Virus record (IMG/VR): IMGVR_UViG_3300003322_000453
Source: an uncultured virus (IMG/VR IMGVR_UViG_3300003322_000453)
Lineage: Duplodnaviria; Heunggongvirae; Uroviricota; Caudoviricetes
DNA length: 64,000 nucleotides
Strand: one strand, 5' to 3'
Position numbers and translations under genes: made by a program. Below, one piece after another: positions 8,815 through 17,969 of this stretch. Position 1 is the stretch's first letter. Each line of letters begins with the position of its first letter. A model generated the notes under the pieces. The model searched no databases and had not been told where the DNA came from. It saw only the letters and a program-made list of their open reading frames with translations.

Positions 8815-10194
8815 CTAATATTTCTTCTCTATGTTTATTATTTCCGTTATGTGATGCAGTTTTCTATTCTCATACAAATAACTCTTAGTAGTCTCACTAC
8901 CCCAACAATGCTCCACGAAACTACAGAACCGTCCGTATGAGAAGCAACTCTTTCTAATCTGCGGGAAATACTGGTTTAGTACGGTTCTATATTCCTTATT
9001 TAATTCCCTAGCCCCAACAAGCTTATCAACCCCCTGCGATTGACAAAGTTGCAAAAGATCATCAAGCTTATCGTGAACCTGAATTTCTTGAAACCTAACC
9101 GCGTCTATCCAGTTTTCAATATCCTTAGAGTCTCTAATGTAGGGATAAGGAGTTATAATCAATCCATTCTTTTTATTCCCCTCATAATCATATCCCCCTT
9201 CTACGTTTTCATAGAATCTCTCAAATAATATATCTACCCATTCTTTAATAGAAAGATGTTCCCATACATTAACCCTTCTCCATCCCTTAGCTTTTGTATA
9301 ATCAACTCTCCAATCTTCTGTAAATCCCCCATCGTACATATAAGGGTGGACTAGAAAGGAGTTTTGAAGTTTAGACTTAGTACCATCACCGTTAGATAGT
9401 AACTGGCGTTGACCTTTGATTAGAAAATCCATCTTAATAGCCTGTACTTCTTCTTTCATTAGACTTTCAACGGCTATTAATTCAGAAATCCCTTGATCGT
9501 CATAACGGTTTTGCTTCTCGTTGGTTTCTGTCCAGCTACTAGAGGTTTTAAGGGAATAGACAACTAAACCCCCGGTTGATTTATCACGTAGAATTGCGTC
9601 TGGTTTGCTCATGAGAATAATATTGCTAATTCCGTTACATTTATCACATACTTCTTTCTTTTCTTCGTCATTTAGTAGATATACTAAATAACCCTCTCCC
9701 AAACATTCTTTACATGCTTCTGTTAATGGATAAACAATCTCCTTCTCAACCTCTAAAACTTCATACTCTTCTAATAGTTTATGTAAATAAAACTTCTCAT
9801 AAACCCTTATCCACGTCTCTATAAGGGATTTTTGTTCGTTAAATACAAAAAGTTCATCTTCATATTCTCCGATTTCTAGACCTCTAGTGTGGACTTCATC
9901 ACTATAATTCTTAATTGCTAACTCAACACACATATCTACATTATTAATATTTAAAACCTTACCATCACAATTATAATTTTCTGTGTAACTAATCTCTTTT
10001 TTACATTTTAGACAATAATAAAACGGTATTTTTAGTAAAGAAGTAACTCCATCATGAATAGCAATCCCGGTTGACAGTGAAATAATCATCTTACTTAAAC
10101 TAATCCCGCCGTTTTGGACGTGATATTCTAGAAATCTCTCTCTAGAACATCTCTGAAATGTAAGAATTCTACTTCTATCGGTGTAGATTGTCAT
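8815..10194 (-). CDS. Cas4/RecB-like PD-(D/E)xK exonuclease with Zn-finger insertions
   Basis: SRILTFQRC...GIAIHD N-terminus, KPDAILRD..VYSLKT, C-terminal C..C..C. Confidence 0.75.
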   Translation of the reverse strand: MTIYTDRSRILTFQRCSRERFLEYHVQNGGISLSKMIISLSTGIAIHDGVTSLLKIPFYYCLKCKKEISYTENYNCDGKVLNINNVDMCVELAIKNYSDEVHTRGLEIGEYEDELFVFNEQKSLIETWIRVYEKFYLHKLLEEYEVLEVEKEIVYPLTEACKECLGEGYLVYLLNDEEKKEVCDKCNGISNIILMSKPDAILRDKSTGGLVVYSLKTSSSWTETNEKQNRYDDQGISELIAVESLMKEEVQAIKMDFLIKGQRQLLSNGDGTKSKLQNSFLVHPYMYDGGFTEDWRVDYTKAKGWRRVNVWEHLSIKEWVDILFERFYENVEGGYDYEGNKKNGLIITPYPYIRDSKDIENWIDAVRFQEIQVHDKLDDLLQLCQSQGVDKLVGARELNKEYRTVLNQYFPQIRKSCFSYGRFCSFVEHCWGSETTKSYLYENRKLHHITEIINIEKKY

Positions 10195-10195
10195 T

Positions 10196-10486
10196 TTATT
10201 TCTTCTCCTTAACTCTAATATCTAACATCTCAAATAACACTTCCTTTACTGCTTGTTTAACATTATCACTAACATTATAACTACTCGGTGCTACATGAGC
10301 TTTTACTAATTTATCAATACTCCTATCTATCCTTTCTGATAGGTTAAGTTGACCAATAAGCTTGGAAACCTGCCCCTCTACTGCTTCTACTGTCCATTGT
10401 TTAATATCTTCCCTAGTTATTCCTAGCTCATTAGCCATGTAATTTCTGAATAAAACGTATTTGTTGGTTGGATCATCTATAGCCAT
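10196..10486 (-). CDS. Hypothetical protein
   Basis: ORF with RBS downstream of a promoter. Confidence 0.6.
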   Translation of the reverse strand: MAIDDPTNKYVLFRNYMANELGITREDIKQWTVEAVEGQVSKLIGQLNLSERIDRSIDKLVKAHVAPSSYNVSDNVKQAVKEVLFEMLDIRVKEKK

Positions 10487-10583
10487 TTTAAAGGAACCTC
10501 TCTAATAGAAATATGAAAGGATTAACAGATGCAACCATTTCCTCAAGCCGCTTGGCTTCAAGAAAACTGGTCATTGTGAAGTC

Positions 10584-10612
10584 ACCTTACCGTACACGCT
10601 CCCGGTTGTCAA
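10584..10612 (-). promoter_or_regulatory. sigma70-like promoter
   Basis: TTGACA-17-TAAGGT. Confidence 0.6.
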
Positions 10613-10621
10613 GGGTTTTCT

Positions 10622-10930
10622 TCACAACCCGGCAAAATTTTTCTCCTCCTGCCCTTGCTCCGCCAAGCTCTGCTTTCTAGCCCACATAAAATCTACCAAA
10701 AACTTATTTGAAACCTCTATAGCACCATTCTTAACTGCTCTTATTCTTCTGGCTCTAGTAAGATCATAATGCGGAAGCTTAGAAGAGTTCTGGAACCAGC
10801 TTCTTCTAAGACCTATCCTACTCGCAAAAGCATGTAATTCTTCTATAGAATCCGCGAATAGGTGACAACTTTCATTATATTTCCAGTTTTTATTAGGAAT
10901 ACAGCTTTTTAAAGAATCAACATAGACCAT
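10622..10930 (-). CDS. DUF4031 family protein
   Basis: VYVD...CHLFADSIEELHAFASRIGLRRSWFQ...HYDLT...RAVKNGA. Confidence 0.85.
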   Translation of the reverse strand: MVYVDSLKSCIPNKNWKYNESCHLFADSIEELHAFASRIGLRRSWFQNSSKLPHYDLTRARRIRAVKNGAIEVSNKFLVDFMWARKQSLAEQGQEEKNFAGL

Positions 10931-11047
10931 TTTATAGCCTCTTTTCTATAACATTGCTTTAGTTAGTACGTTAAGAACGTTAATTAACGTCGTTAACATG
11001 GGAATTAACATGTTAATTTGTGTATGTAACCTGTAATTTATAAGAAA

Positions 11048-11413
11048 CTAAGTCCACCACTCCACTTCCTCTTCTATCTCTTCTCTAGTTTTACACCTTA
11101 AAACCTCCATCAACGCCTCGCCCAACACTGCATTTCTAGAAATCATCTCCATTCTTCCCTTAAATATCACCCTTAACAACCATTCTTGAGCATCCGTTAA
11201 TACCAATTTCCCTTCTTTATATCTAATCCCCAAGCTAACCGTCTTACTTATAATAAACCTCTCCTCTTTTTCTAGCTGTTCTTCTCCAATCTCTTCTTCA
11301 ATTTCCACACTTTCCTGATCTAGTCCGCTCTCAAACCCATTTTCAAGGTTCTCCAACACCCTATCTATAAAATTCTCTACCCCATTGTTTGTCTTAGTGG
11401 TTGAAGTTGACAT
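11048..11413 (-). CDS. Acidic hypothetical protein
   Basis: ORF with AGGAGG RBS. Confidence 0.6.
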   Translation of the reverse strand: MSTSTTKTNNGVENFIDRVLENLENGFESGLDQESVEIEEEIGEEQLEKEERFIISKTVSLGIRYKEGKLVLTDAQEWLLRVIFKGRMEMISRNAVLGEALMEVLRCKTREEIEEEVEWWT

Positions 11414-11520
11414 TTTTTGTTGATCCTCCTAGCAATGTTACTAAGCTCTGAACTCCTAGTAAAGTGTTGCAAGTATGAAACATTGTTTCATGTTGCTCTA
11501 TCACCACCTTCAAACCCTCA

Positions 11521-11730
11521 AATATGAACATCCCAGAAAGCCAAAATATGAACATATGAACGTTATGAACGTCTTTTCACCTTCCCACGGTGATGAGCGT
11601 TTTTCTAACTGTTATAAATAAAATCTATAATGAATCTTATATAAAACAATATACACTTACATTCATCATTTTCCTCCCTTCCCGAACAATGTTCATAACG
11701 TGCATAATGTTCATAGTCCAGATGTTCATA
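11521..11730. repeat. Inward-facing iteron arrays around an AT-rich core; putative replication origin
   Basis: TATGAAC at 11523, 11547, 11555, 11564; GTTCATA at 11691, 11709, 11724 (GTGCATA at 11700); directly after the rep gene stop. Confidence 0.7.
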
Positions 11731-11741
11731 CCCCCACATGA

Positions 11742-13025
11742 CTACCCCAATTCAGGGTAGTCATGAAACACCGCTTCCAATTTTTTCTTATTTTCAGCCG
11801 TCATCTCGATTCTATAGCCCTGTGTAACTCTTCTAGTTTCAACACCTAACAGCTTTACATTATGCCCAACTGCCCTTCCCTTAACCGTCTTATCCTCCCC
11901 CAAATCCTTGTAAAGCGCATTAATTTCATCAGTTACATCGCTGATCCAAATATGTTTTGGTGAACTCTTCATCATCCTTCTTAGAACCTGTGCATATAAA
12001 GAAAGCTCACTAGAGCCTTTACTATCAGAACTAGACTCCTTCATAAACTCTACAAACTCTTTAAAGAAACTTTTATCTTCTATCACATTTAAAAGAGGTA
12101 TTATAATCTCTTCAAACCTCCCACTAAGGCCCATTTGCTTTGCGATTACTAAATCAGGTTCTAATTGTCTATAATTATCCAATCTCCATTTAAGGCATTT
12201 ATTTCTAATTTTCTCTCCTCTAGAATTAAACTCTACGAAGGGAATCTGTGAAGTTATATGATCTGGGATTTTTTGATTATTAGGAATAAGATAGCTAATA
12301 CATCTAGAATTAGTAGCTTCATCTTTATATTTCTCTCTATGACTTAAAATCTTTGGCCCAAACACACAATATGCTCTTGGCTCATAATCTTTTTCAAAAG
12401 TATCACATCTCCATACATAACCATCTGCGGTATAGCCCATATTAATGATCTTAGCTATTTCACTATCAAAATCTGTATTTGTATAATCTGCTTCATCTAT
12501 TAGAAGGGTGCCTTTAAAACGTTCTATAAGTCTGTAAAGCGCAGGTACAGAAGCGACACCATTGAGTTTAACTGTGTTATAACAACACTCTCCTATGCAT
12601 TTTGCAATTCTAGTTTTCCCACTGTTTAGATGCCCTAAAAATTCCAAGTATCCTATAGAGCTAAAACGATCATAGACCCATGTTAAGAGTGCATAATGAG
12701 TTGCGACATTGAGCCAGAATTCTGGTAGATAGGCATAGGAGGAGATAAAGGTTTTTATATCTTGTAGAAGATTTTCTCTAGAACCATAGTCTTCTATATT
12801 TGTGGCTAACAAGACTGATTTTTTCTTTAGATTATCAAAAGGGTCTGGAAAGGGTTTTAGCCATAACTCGCTGGTTGGTTTAGCAAATCCTTTAATCTCT
12901 GGCCCGTTGCCGTTTAGAACCATAAATCTAGGACTGTTGTTATGATATATTGTTTCTATTATATATTTCTCATCTATATAACTCGTTGCTTTAGTTGCTT
13001 GCTTCTCTTGTTTCTCTTTGCTCAT
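11742..13025 (-). CDS. AAA+ replication initiator/helicase with C-terminal winged helix (DUF3631-like)
   Basis: GHLNSGKT Walker A, LLIDEAD Walker B, INMGY, FGPK, SRCI, wHTH-like C-terminus. Confidence 0.7.
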   Translation of the reverse strand: MSKEKQEKQATKATSYIDEKYIIETIYHNNSPRFMVLNGNGPEIKGFAKPTSELWLKPFPDPFDNLKKKSVLLATNIEDYGSRENLLQDIKTFISSYAYLPEFWLNVATHYALLTWVYDRFSSIGYLEFLGHLNSGKTRIAKCIGECCYNTVKLNGVASVPALYRLIERFKGTLLIDEADYTNTDFDSEIAKIINMGYTADGYVWRCDTFEKDYEPRAYCVFGPKILSHREKYKDEATNSRCISYLIPNNQKIPDHITSQIPFVEFNSRGEKIRNKCLKWRLDNYRQLEPDLVIAKQMGLSGRFEEIIIPLLNVIEDKSFFKEFVEFMKESSSDSKGSSELSLYAQVLRRMMKSSPKHIWISDVTDEINALYKDLGEDKTVKGRAVGHNVKLLGVETRRVTQGYRIEMTAENKKKLEAVFHDYPELG

Positions 13026-13188
13026 GACATCCTTCTATAGACACTATTTCCATAATGTCCATATTGATATTTATATCTAGCTAAACCTCTGAGAAACCTC
13101 TGGAACCTTGTTTCACCCCTGCTTTACTGCTCTTGCCTTACTGCTTAGGAGGGTGAAATCTTTTATTATCAAACGATTGCAAAAAGTC

Positions 13189-13217
13189 TTGACTGAGTTG
13201 AAAAAGTCTGGTAGGAT
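13189..13217 (+). promoter_or_regulatory. sigma70-like promoter for antisense RNA
   Basis: TTGACT-17-TAGGAT with TG-n extended -10. Confidence 0.6.
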
Positions 13218-13251
13218 TTTCTCAACTCAATTCTGCTTCTGTTCGGCGGCG

Positions 13252-13280
13252 ATTATCTCACAGGGATTTGAGATTGTCAA
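13252..13280 (-). promoter_or_regulatory. sigma70-like promoter for the rep gene
   Basis: TTGACA-17-GATAAT with TG-n extended -10. Confidence 0.7.
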
Positions 13281-13361
13281 CCCCTTGAGAGTCTTAAACC
13301 TGTGAGATAATTGCAGTTCCCCACCTTTTGAGACTGGATACTGCTCAAGCGTGAATCAGGG

Positions 13362-13397
13362 AATAAGGGGCTATTGAACCTAGCTCCTTATTTTTTT
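13362..13397 (+). terminator. Rho-independent terminator
   Basis: aataaggggcta-ttgaacc-tagctccttattttttt; G-U pair and U tract on +. Confidence 0.7.
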
Positions 13398-13410
13398 ATG
13401 CTCTAAACTT

Positions 13411-13692
13411 CTATACTCTAATTAAATTATCCTTACTACTACGCCATATCCTATAATTTTGCCTTTTGCAATTAGGACACATATGGCCTGTTATATTATG
13501 TTTCCCAGACCCATTTGCCATTCCAAGAAAGCCATGTTGCCAGAATGTTAGACAAGAAGGATCATAACAACGATGCCAGTGATTATTATTTCTAAGCTTA
13601 CAGGGTTTCTTATTGCTTATCCTGCCAGTTTTGGTTAGATGTTTTGGGTTTATATTGGGTTTTATTTTGGTGTTGTATTGGTCTAATATCAT
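13411..13692 (-). CDS. Cys/His-rich putative Zn-binding protein
   Basis: HWHRC..C..WQH...HMCPNC. Confidence 0.55.
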   Translation of the reverse strand: MILDQYNTKIKPNINPKHLTKTGRISNKKPCKLRNNNHWHRCYDPSCLTFWQHGFLGMANGSGKHNITGHMCPNCKRQNYRIWRSSKDNLIRV

Positions 13693-13716
13693 TTTCTATT
13701 CTCCTTTTCTTATAGA

Positions 13717-14169
13717 CTAATCTTTAAGATTCCATTCTTTAATGTAAGTTCTTTTAGAAAGAACATCCCTAAGCCAAAGTTTAAACTCCTGCCATCTACT
13801 ACTACTAGAGCTAAAACCCTTAGTAAGTCTGTACATCCTAGCTCTAGTAGTATCACTGGTTAGAAGGTCTTCTTGGGTGGTTATTCTGGCTTGTGAAAGT
13901 CTTTTAGATGCAATATTTAACCATCCACCCTCTATAATAACGTCAGGATGCGTTTTAAGCCTTTTTTTCTCTCCATCCACCTCATTAATCATTCCCAGAT
14001 CAGACCCCACCTTAAAACGTGATTCTGCTTCAGGAATCACCATCTTAGCTCCATTTCCACAACCCACTTTTCGCATCTCCTCAAGACCCCTTAAAACCCC
14101 TTCTCTCCTCACCTCTTTGTCACCTTTAACTACACTGTTTAAAGAATCATCTGCAAGTAATACTCCCAT
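13717..14169 (-). CDS. Hypothetical protein
   Basis: Operon ORF with RBS. Confidence 0.55.
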   Translation of the reverse strand: MGVLLADDSLNSVVKGDKEVRREGVLRGLEEMRKVGCGNGAKMVIPEAESRFKVGSDLGMINEVDGEKKRLKTHPDVIIEGGWLNIASKRLSQARITTQEDLLTSDTTRARMYRLTKGFSSSSSRWQEFKLWLRDVLSKRTYIKEWNLKD

Positions 14170-14175
14170 AAAGAC

Positions 14176-14595
14176 TTATCTCCTTTTCTCAACGTCAGAA
14201 AGCTCCAAATGCTCTATCTCAACCCTATATCCTTTAGCTTCTAGCCTAACTGCTACTTCTTCTCCTATAGCAACACTCCTATGCTTCCCACCGTAGCAGC
14301 TAAATGCTATTCTTAAAACATTATGAAACTCAAACCATTTCTCTCTAGTTCTATTTTCTATAATTCTGATAGCATTCTTTACTAGAACATCTCCTTTTCT
14401 ACCATCTGCATATAGAGCTAATTTTCTAACATGCTTATGCAGACCAGTTGATTCTGGATATTCCATATAAGGATTGTATAGATTCTTGCAACTATACCAA
14501 ATATCTACTTTTGGTATCTCTATTCTCCTTTTAGTTCCATAAGTCACAATCTTAACCAAAGGTTTTTCTTTTTCTACCAAGATATTAGAACTCAT
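14176..14595 (-). CDS. Stand-alone RapZ C-terminal-domain-like protein
   Basis: IVTYG...NPY...TGL..V...IAFSCYGGKHRSVAI...HLEL mirrors RapZ CTD motifs (SFGF, NP, TG, IGCTGGxHRSV). Confidence 0.8.
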   Translation of the reverse strand: MSSNILVEKEKPLVKIVTYGTKRRIEIPKVDIWYSCKNLYNPYMEYPESTGLHKHVRKLALYADGRKGDVLVKNAIRIIENRTREKWFEFHNVLRIAFSCYGGKHRSVAIGEEVAVRLEAKGYRVEIEHLELSDVEKRR

Positions 14596-14779
14596 TTCTA
14601 TTTCTCCTTAGACTTTCCTCTTTAATCTCCAAAACAAATCCATTCATAACCTTAATCTCATAATATATAGTACTATTAGGGGCTACTATAACTCTATAGA
14701 CCTTAGCCACTAATATATTGTCTATAACACCTTTATAATATACCGTTTCTCCTATATTAAAATTATTATTTATAACCAT
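14585..14779 (-). CDS. Small SH3-like hypothetical protein
   Basis: FNIGETVYY...Y.I...EESL. Confidence 0.5.
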   Translation of the reverse strand: MVINNNFNIGETVYYKGVIDNILVAKVYRVIVAPNSTIYYEIKVMNGFVLEIKEESLRRNRNEF

Positions 14780-14784
14780 AATCT

Positions 14785-15150
14785 CTAGTTCTCCTCTTCT
14801 TCTATATTATCATCCTCATCAACAAAGCTAATCTCTTCTATCTCTTTTAAAGCCTTTTTAATCTCTCTATCCTCCTTATTATTCTCTTTTAACACTCCCG
14901 TCAAATCCCCCTCTAACATCCAAAACACTTCCTTCTGTACATCCGCTTTCTCCCAAGCTTCTTTATCTTTATCCCAAAATGGTCTTTCTATAGAACGCAT
15001 ATATTTTATATAATAGTAAGCGTTTTTAAATGTTCTACCTATAAACTCTTTAAACTCTGGATATTCCTCTACAGCTTCTCTAGAGGCTTTACTCATGATT
15101 TTAGAAACTCCGTGATCCGGGCTGTCTGAGTGTTTCATTTTAAAGTTCAT
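14785..15150 (-). CDS. Hypothetical protein
   Basis: Operon ORF. Confidence 0.55.
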   Translation of the reverse strand: MNFKMKHSDSPDHGVSKIMSKASREAVEEYPEFKEFIGRTFKNAYYYIKYMRSIERPFWDKDKEAWEKADVQKEVFWMLEGDLTGVLKENNKEDREIKKALKEIEEISFVDEDDNIEEEEN

Positions 15151-15168
15151 AACCTTTACCTAATCTCC

Positions 15169-15426
15169 TTATATATCTAATATTAACCTTTTAGTTTCTT
15201 CTATCAACTCAGCATTATAGATACTATATGCTTTTTCATAGAGGTTCTTGTCCCTTTTAAGCACATCTCTAAAAGCCAAGTGGCTAGAGTCTTCTTGCCA
15301 AGCTATTGAATCCCAGTCAGTTTTACTAGGATCAAGAATCTCATTAAATTCATCAACAAACATCTGTGCGGTTACTCGCGCCTTAGCCTTCAAGATGGCT
15401 ATTTGATACTCGTTAAGATTTTCCAT
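15169..15426 (-). CDS. Hypothetical protein
   Basis: Operon ORF with RBS. Confidence 0.55.
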   Translation of the reverse strand: MENLNEYQIAILKAKARVTAQMFVDEFNEILDPSKTDWDSIAWQEDSSHLAFRDVLKRDKNLYEKAYSIYNAELIEETKRLILDI

Positions 15427-15567
15427 TTATTCTTCCTCCTTAATGCTTTTATTTAGAGATATAAAATCCTTACACTCACAACTCCCTACATAACACCTAG
15501 TTGTTACACCTATGGTTTCATGGTCTATCTCTTTATGACCACACAGGCTACATTTTTCACTTGTCAT
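15427..15567 (-). CDS. Small Cys/His Zn-binding protein (46 aa)
   Basis: Manual: MTSEKCSLCGHKEIDH...RCYVGSCECKDF; fills the gap, AGGAG RBS. Confidence 0.6.
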   Translation of the reverse strand: MTSEKCSLCGHKEIDHETIGVTTRCYVGSCECKDFISLNKSIKEEE

Positions 15568-15585
15568 TCTTTTTTCTCCTTCTTA

Positions 15586-15843
15586 CTATATAACCTTCAT
15601 AGCTTTATATTGTGTATCTTCTACGATTAACTCTCCCACTTCTTTTACCCACTCTATAGCTGTTCTCCAAGCTTTCACCTTGGCATCATCAACTGTAAAT
15701 CCAGTTCCTTCTAGGCTGAAATACTGAATATGTATTTTATTTATTCTCTCTACTCCTTGCACTGAGAATACATAAAACCCTTCCTTTTTACTCCCAGATT
15801 CATATTGCGGTTTTTGTCTTCTATTCACTGTTCTTTCTATCAT
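15586..15843 (-). CDS. Hypothetical protein
   Basis: Operon ORF. Confidence 0.55.
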   Translation of the reverse strand: MIERTVNRRQKPQYESGSKKEGFYVFSVQGVERINKIHIQYFSLEGTGFTVDDAKVKAWRTAIEWVKEVGELIVEDTQYKAMKVI

Positions 15844-16121
15844 TTCTCCTTCTCCTTTCCTTTTCTAACCTTATCTTCCAACCTTAAACTTCTCTCCCTA
15901 ACCTCAAACCCTTTAGTTTTCTCGAAATCCTTAACCAATCCCAAGGGCCATATCCACATTGGTTTTGGTTCTTTAACATCCATCCTAACCACCCAAGGCT
16001 GCCCTTTAGAGTTCCAACTAATCACTAAACATTCTACCCAGCCATGTTTATTAGAATCATGTTCTTTAACTCTTGGAATCTCAAATGCCGCACTGCTTAT
16101 AAGTATCTTTTCTATAGCCAT
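15840..16121 (-). CDS. Hypothetical protein
   Basis: Operon ORF. Confidence 0.55.
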   Translation of the reverse strand: MAIEKILISSAAFEIPRVKEHDSNKHGWVECLVISWNSKGQPWVVRMDVKEPKPMWIWPLGLVKDFEKTKGFEVRERSLRLEDKVRKGKEKEK

Positions 16122-16125
16122 TTTC

Positions 16126-16329
16126 TTACCTATATCTGTACCTTTCTTTGGCTTGTGAGGATATATCTTCTATTATTGATACATTATCCTTTACACTCTT
16201 TAACGCTCTATTAAAATTATCTATTTCTTCATCAGATAATTGTTTTTCTTCTCCTAACATAATAGTTGATGTTCTAATAACATCAGCTATAGCATTGTAT
16301 AGTTCCCAATCTATCTTAGGTCTACTCAT
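16126..16329 (-). CDS. Hypothetical protein
   Basis: Operon ORF. Confidence 0.5.
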   Translation of the reverse strand: MSRPKIDWELYNAIADVIRTSTIMLGEEKQLSDEEIDNFNRALKSVKDNVSIIEDISSQAKERYRYR

Positions 16330-16334
16330 ATTTA

Positions 16335-16619
16335 TTATCCTTTCCCCTGTTTAGAAAATCTCCCTATCTCTTGTTTCTCTCTATCAACACCATACCCCAC
16401 AAGCTCACTTAGCAAAACCCCATTATACCTCCTTATTCTCCCCTCGCTAATTGCCTTATACATAGCTTGTCTGCTAATCCCTTTCAACCTAGCGGCCAAC
16501 TCAACAGGCACCATATAGTCCCCTGCTTCTATGTTAACAACTATAGGCTTTATTTCCCTAACCTCCTCTGGGGCTAGGGAGTCTAGTTTTTTTATTAGAT
16601 CAATCTCTTTAGTATTCAC
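16335..16619 (-). CDS. HTH (excisionase-like) DNA-binding protein
   Basis: VELAARLKGISRQAMYKAISEGRI. Confidence 0.65.
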   Translation of the reverse strand: MNTKEIDLIKKLDSLAPEEVREIKPIVVNIEAGDYMVPVELAARLKGISRQAMYKAISEGRIRRYNGVLLSELVGYGVDREKQEIGRFSKQGKG

Positions 16620-16637
16620 TTTTAATAAATCTCCTCT

Positions 16638-16931
16638 CTATTCCGAAAACAACTCCTCAGTCTTAATATCCTTCCCATATTGTCCATGCCAGTTCCACTT
16701 CTCTGTAACTATCTTTCCTTCTTGATCTTCTTTAACAACCTTACAAAATGGTGTCTGGTTAATTGCCCCAACCTAAACAACCTCTAGGTCTAGCATCTTA
16801 GTCTCAAACCCCTGACCCCAATTATTATCATGTGTTGCATAGTTATGTCTATTAAGTTCTAGCCTATAAATAGACCCGTTAGTTCTAACATACAATCCCT
16901 TAGAATCTTTCTTAACTTTAGTGATATTCAT
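16638..16931 (-). pseudogene. 97-codon gene interrupted by a single in-frame TAG
   Basis: AGGGAGGT RBS plus ATG 16931; TAG at 16773-16775; the frame stays open to TAG 16638, exactly filling the gap. Confidence 0.6.
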
Positions 16932-16933
16932 CT

Positions 16934-17923
16934 CTAATTAACCTCCCTATCTTTTATCTTCTCTAACACCTTCTCTACTCCCTCCGTACTAGGAATTACA
17001 TTAGGAACAATCACCTCTGAATCCACTGGCTTCAAAAAACTCTCTAACCTCTGTTGCAACTCTAACTTCCTAGCCTCCATTTCCAGATCCTCCAACCTTT
17101 CATTCTCCCTTTTCATATCATCTTTACAATTCCTACACGCCAACTGGTTATGCTTATAACACCATCCTTTTTCATTAAACCACCTTTCCTTAACTTCCTT
17201 CTCTCTTTTTCTCTTATCCTTCTCAACTTGGGTTATAGGTTCATACCCTCTGATCTTGGAACCCTTCCTGCTTGTGTTTTCTTTAGAAAAACTACTAAAA
17301 GACAATCCCGTTTCATTATTATACTTGCAACCATCCGCAAAAAGATAATCTTTACTCCCCTCACCTTTCCTTAACTTCCTTTCTAATATCTCCTCTATAT
17401 AACCAACTTGCTTTTGATTCTCCACAGCGTGTTTACAATGCTTTTCTCTAATTCTTTCTATTAAATCATCACTTTGCCATATTTCATCATCGCTACACAT
17501 ACTCGCTAGTATAGCCAAAGCTGTACCAGTCCTACCATGACCCCCCATGCAATGAACCATTACTTTGTACTTCCTATTAAATCTATCTCTATCCCTGCCT
17601 TTCTTTCTAAGCTGATAACTAAGCCTCTCCCAGAATTCCTTAGTGTACGTTGGAACCCCAAAATCCGGCCATCTTAATACAAAATGCTCTGTGAAAGCTT
17701 CCCTCTTAGTAAGTCTCTGTAACCCAATACTAGAAAGATTACTCATCATCTTTCTAGGAATACAAACCTCTAGACTAATAACAAGATCGAAGTCATAAAA
17801 GAAAAACTCCGCTTCGTTCCTAGAAGCGCCATAGAGTTCTAACCCGTTGCTCTCAACCACTAAGGTCGGCCCTTTGTGGCAGGTTCTATGTATGCTGGTT
17901 TGAGATTTACTATGTGTAGTCAT
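16934..17923 (-). CDS. Protein-tyrosine/dual-specificity phosphatase family protein
   Basis: WPDFGVP loop, VHCMGGHGRTG (CX5R), AVE..KQ Q-loop. Confidence 0.88.
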   Translation of the reverse strand: MTTHSKSQTSIHRTCHKGPTLVVESNGLELYGASRNEAEFFFYDFDLVISLEVCIPRKMMSNLSSIGLQRLTKREAFTEHFVLRWPDFGVPTYTKEFWERLSYQLRKKGRDRDRFNRKYKVMVHCMGGHGRTGTALAILASMCSDDEIWQSDDLIERIREKHCKHAVENQKQVGYIEEILERKLRKGEGSKDYLFADGCKYNNETGLSFSSFSKENTSRKGSKIRGYEPITQVEKDKRKREKEVKERWFNEKGWCYKHNQLACRNCKDDMKRENERLEDLEMEARKLELQQRLESFLKPVDSEVIVPNVIPSTEGVEKVLEKIKDREVN

Positions 17924-17969
17924 TTTCTTTCTTAGTCTCCTTTTCCTTTCTAAATAAGCATTTCTAACG

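Larger units (their letters stand above)
13224..13397 (+). ncRNA. Putative antisense/regulatory small RNA upstream of the rep gene
   Basis: Promoter, long hairpin 13252-13311 and intrinsic terminator, all on the + strand in a minus-strand region. Confidence 0.55.
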
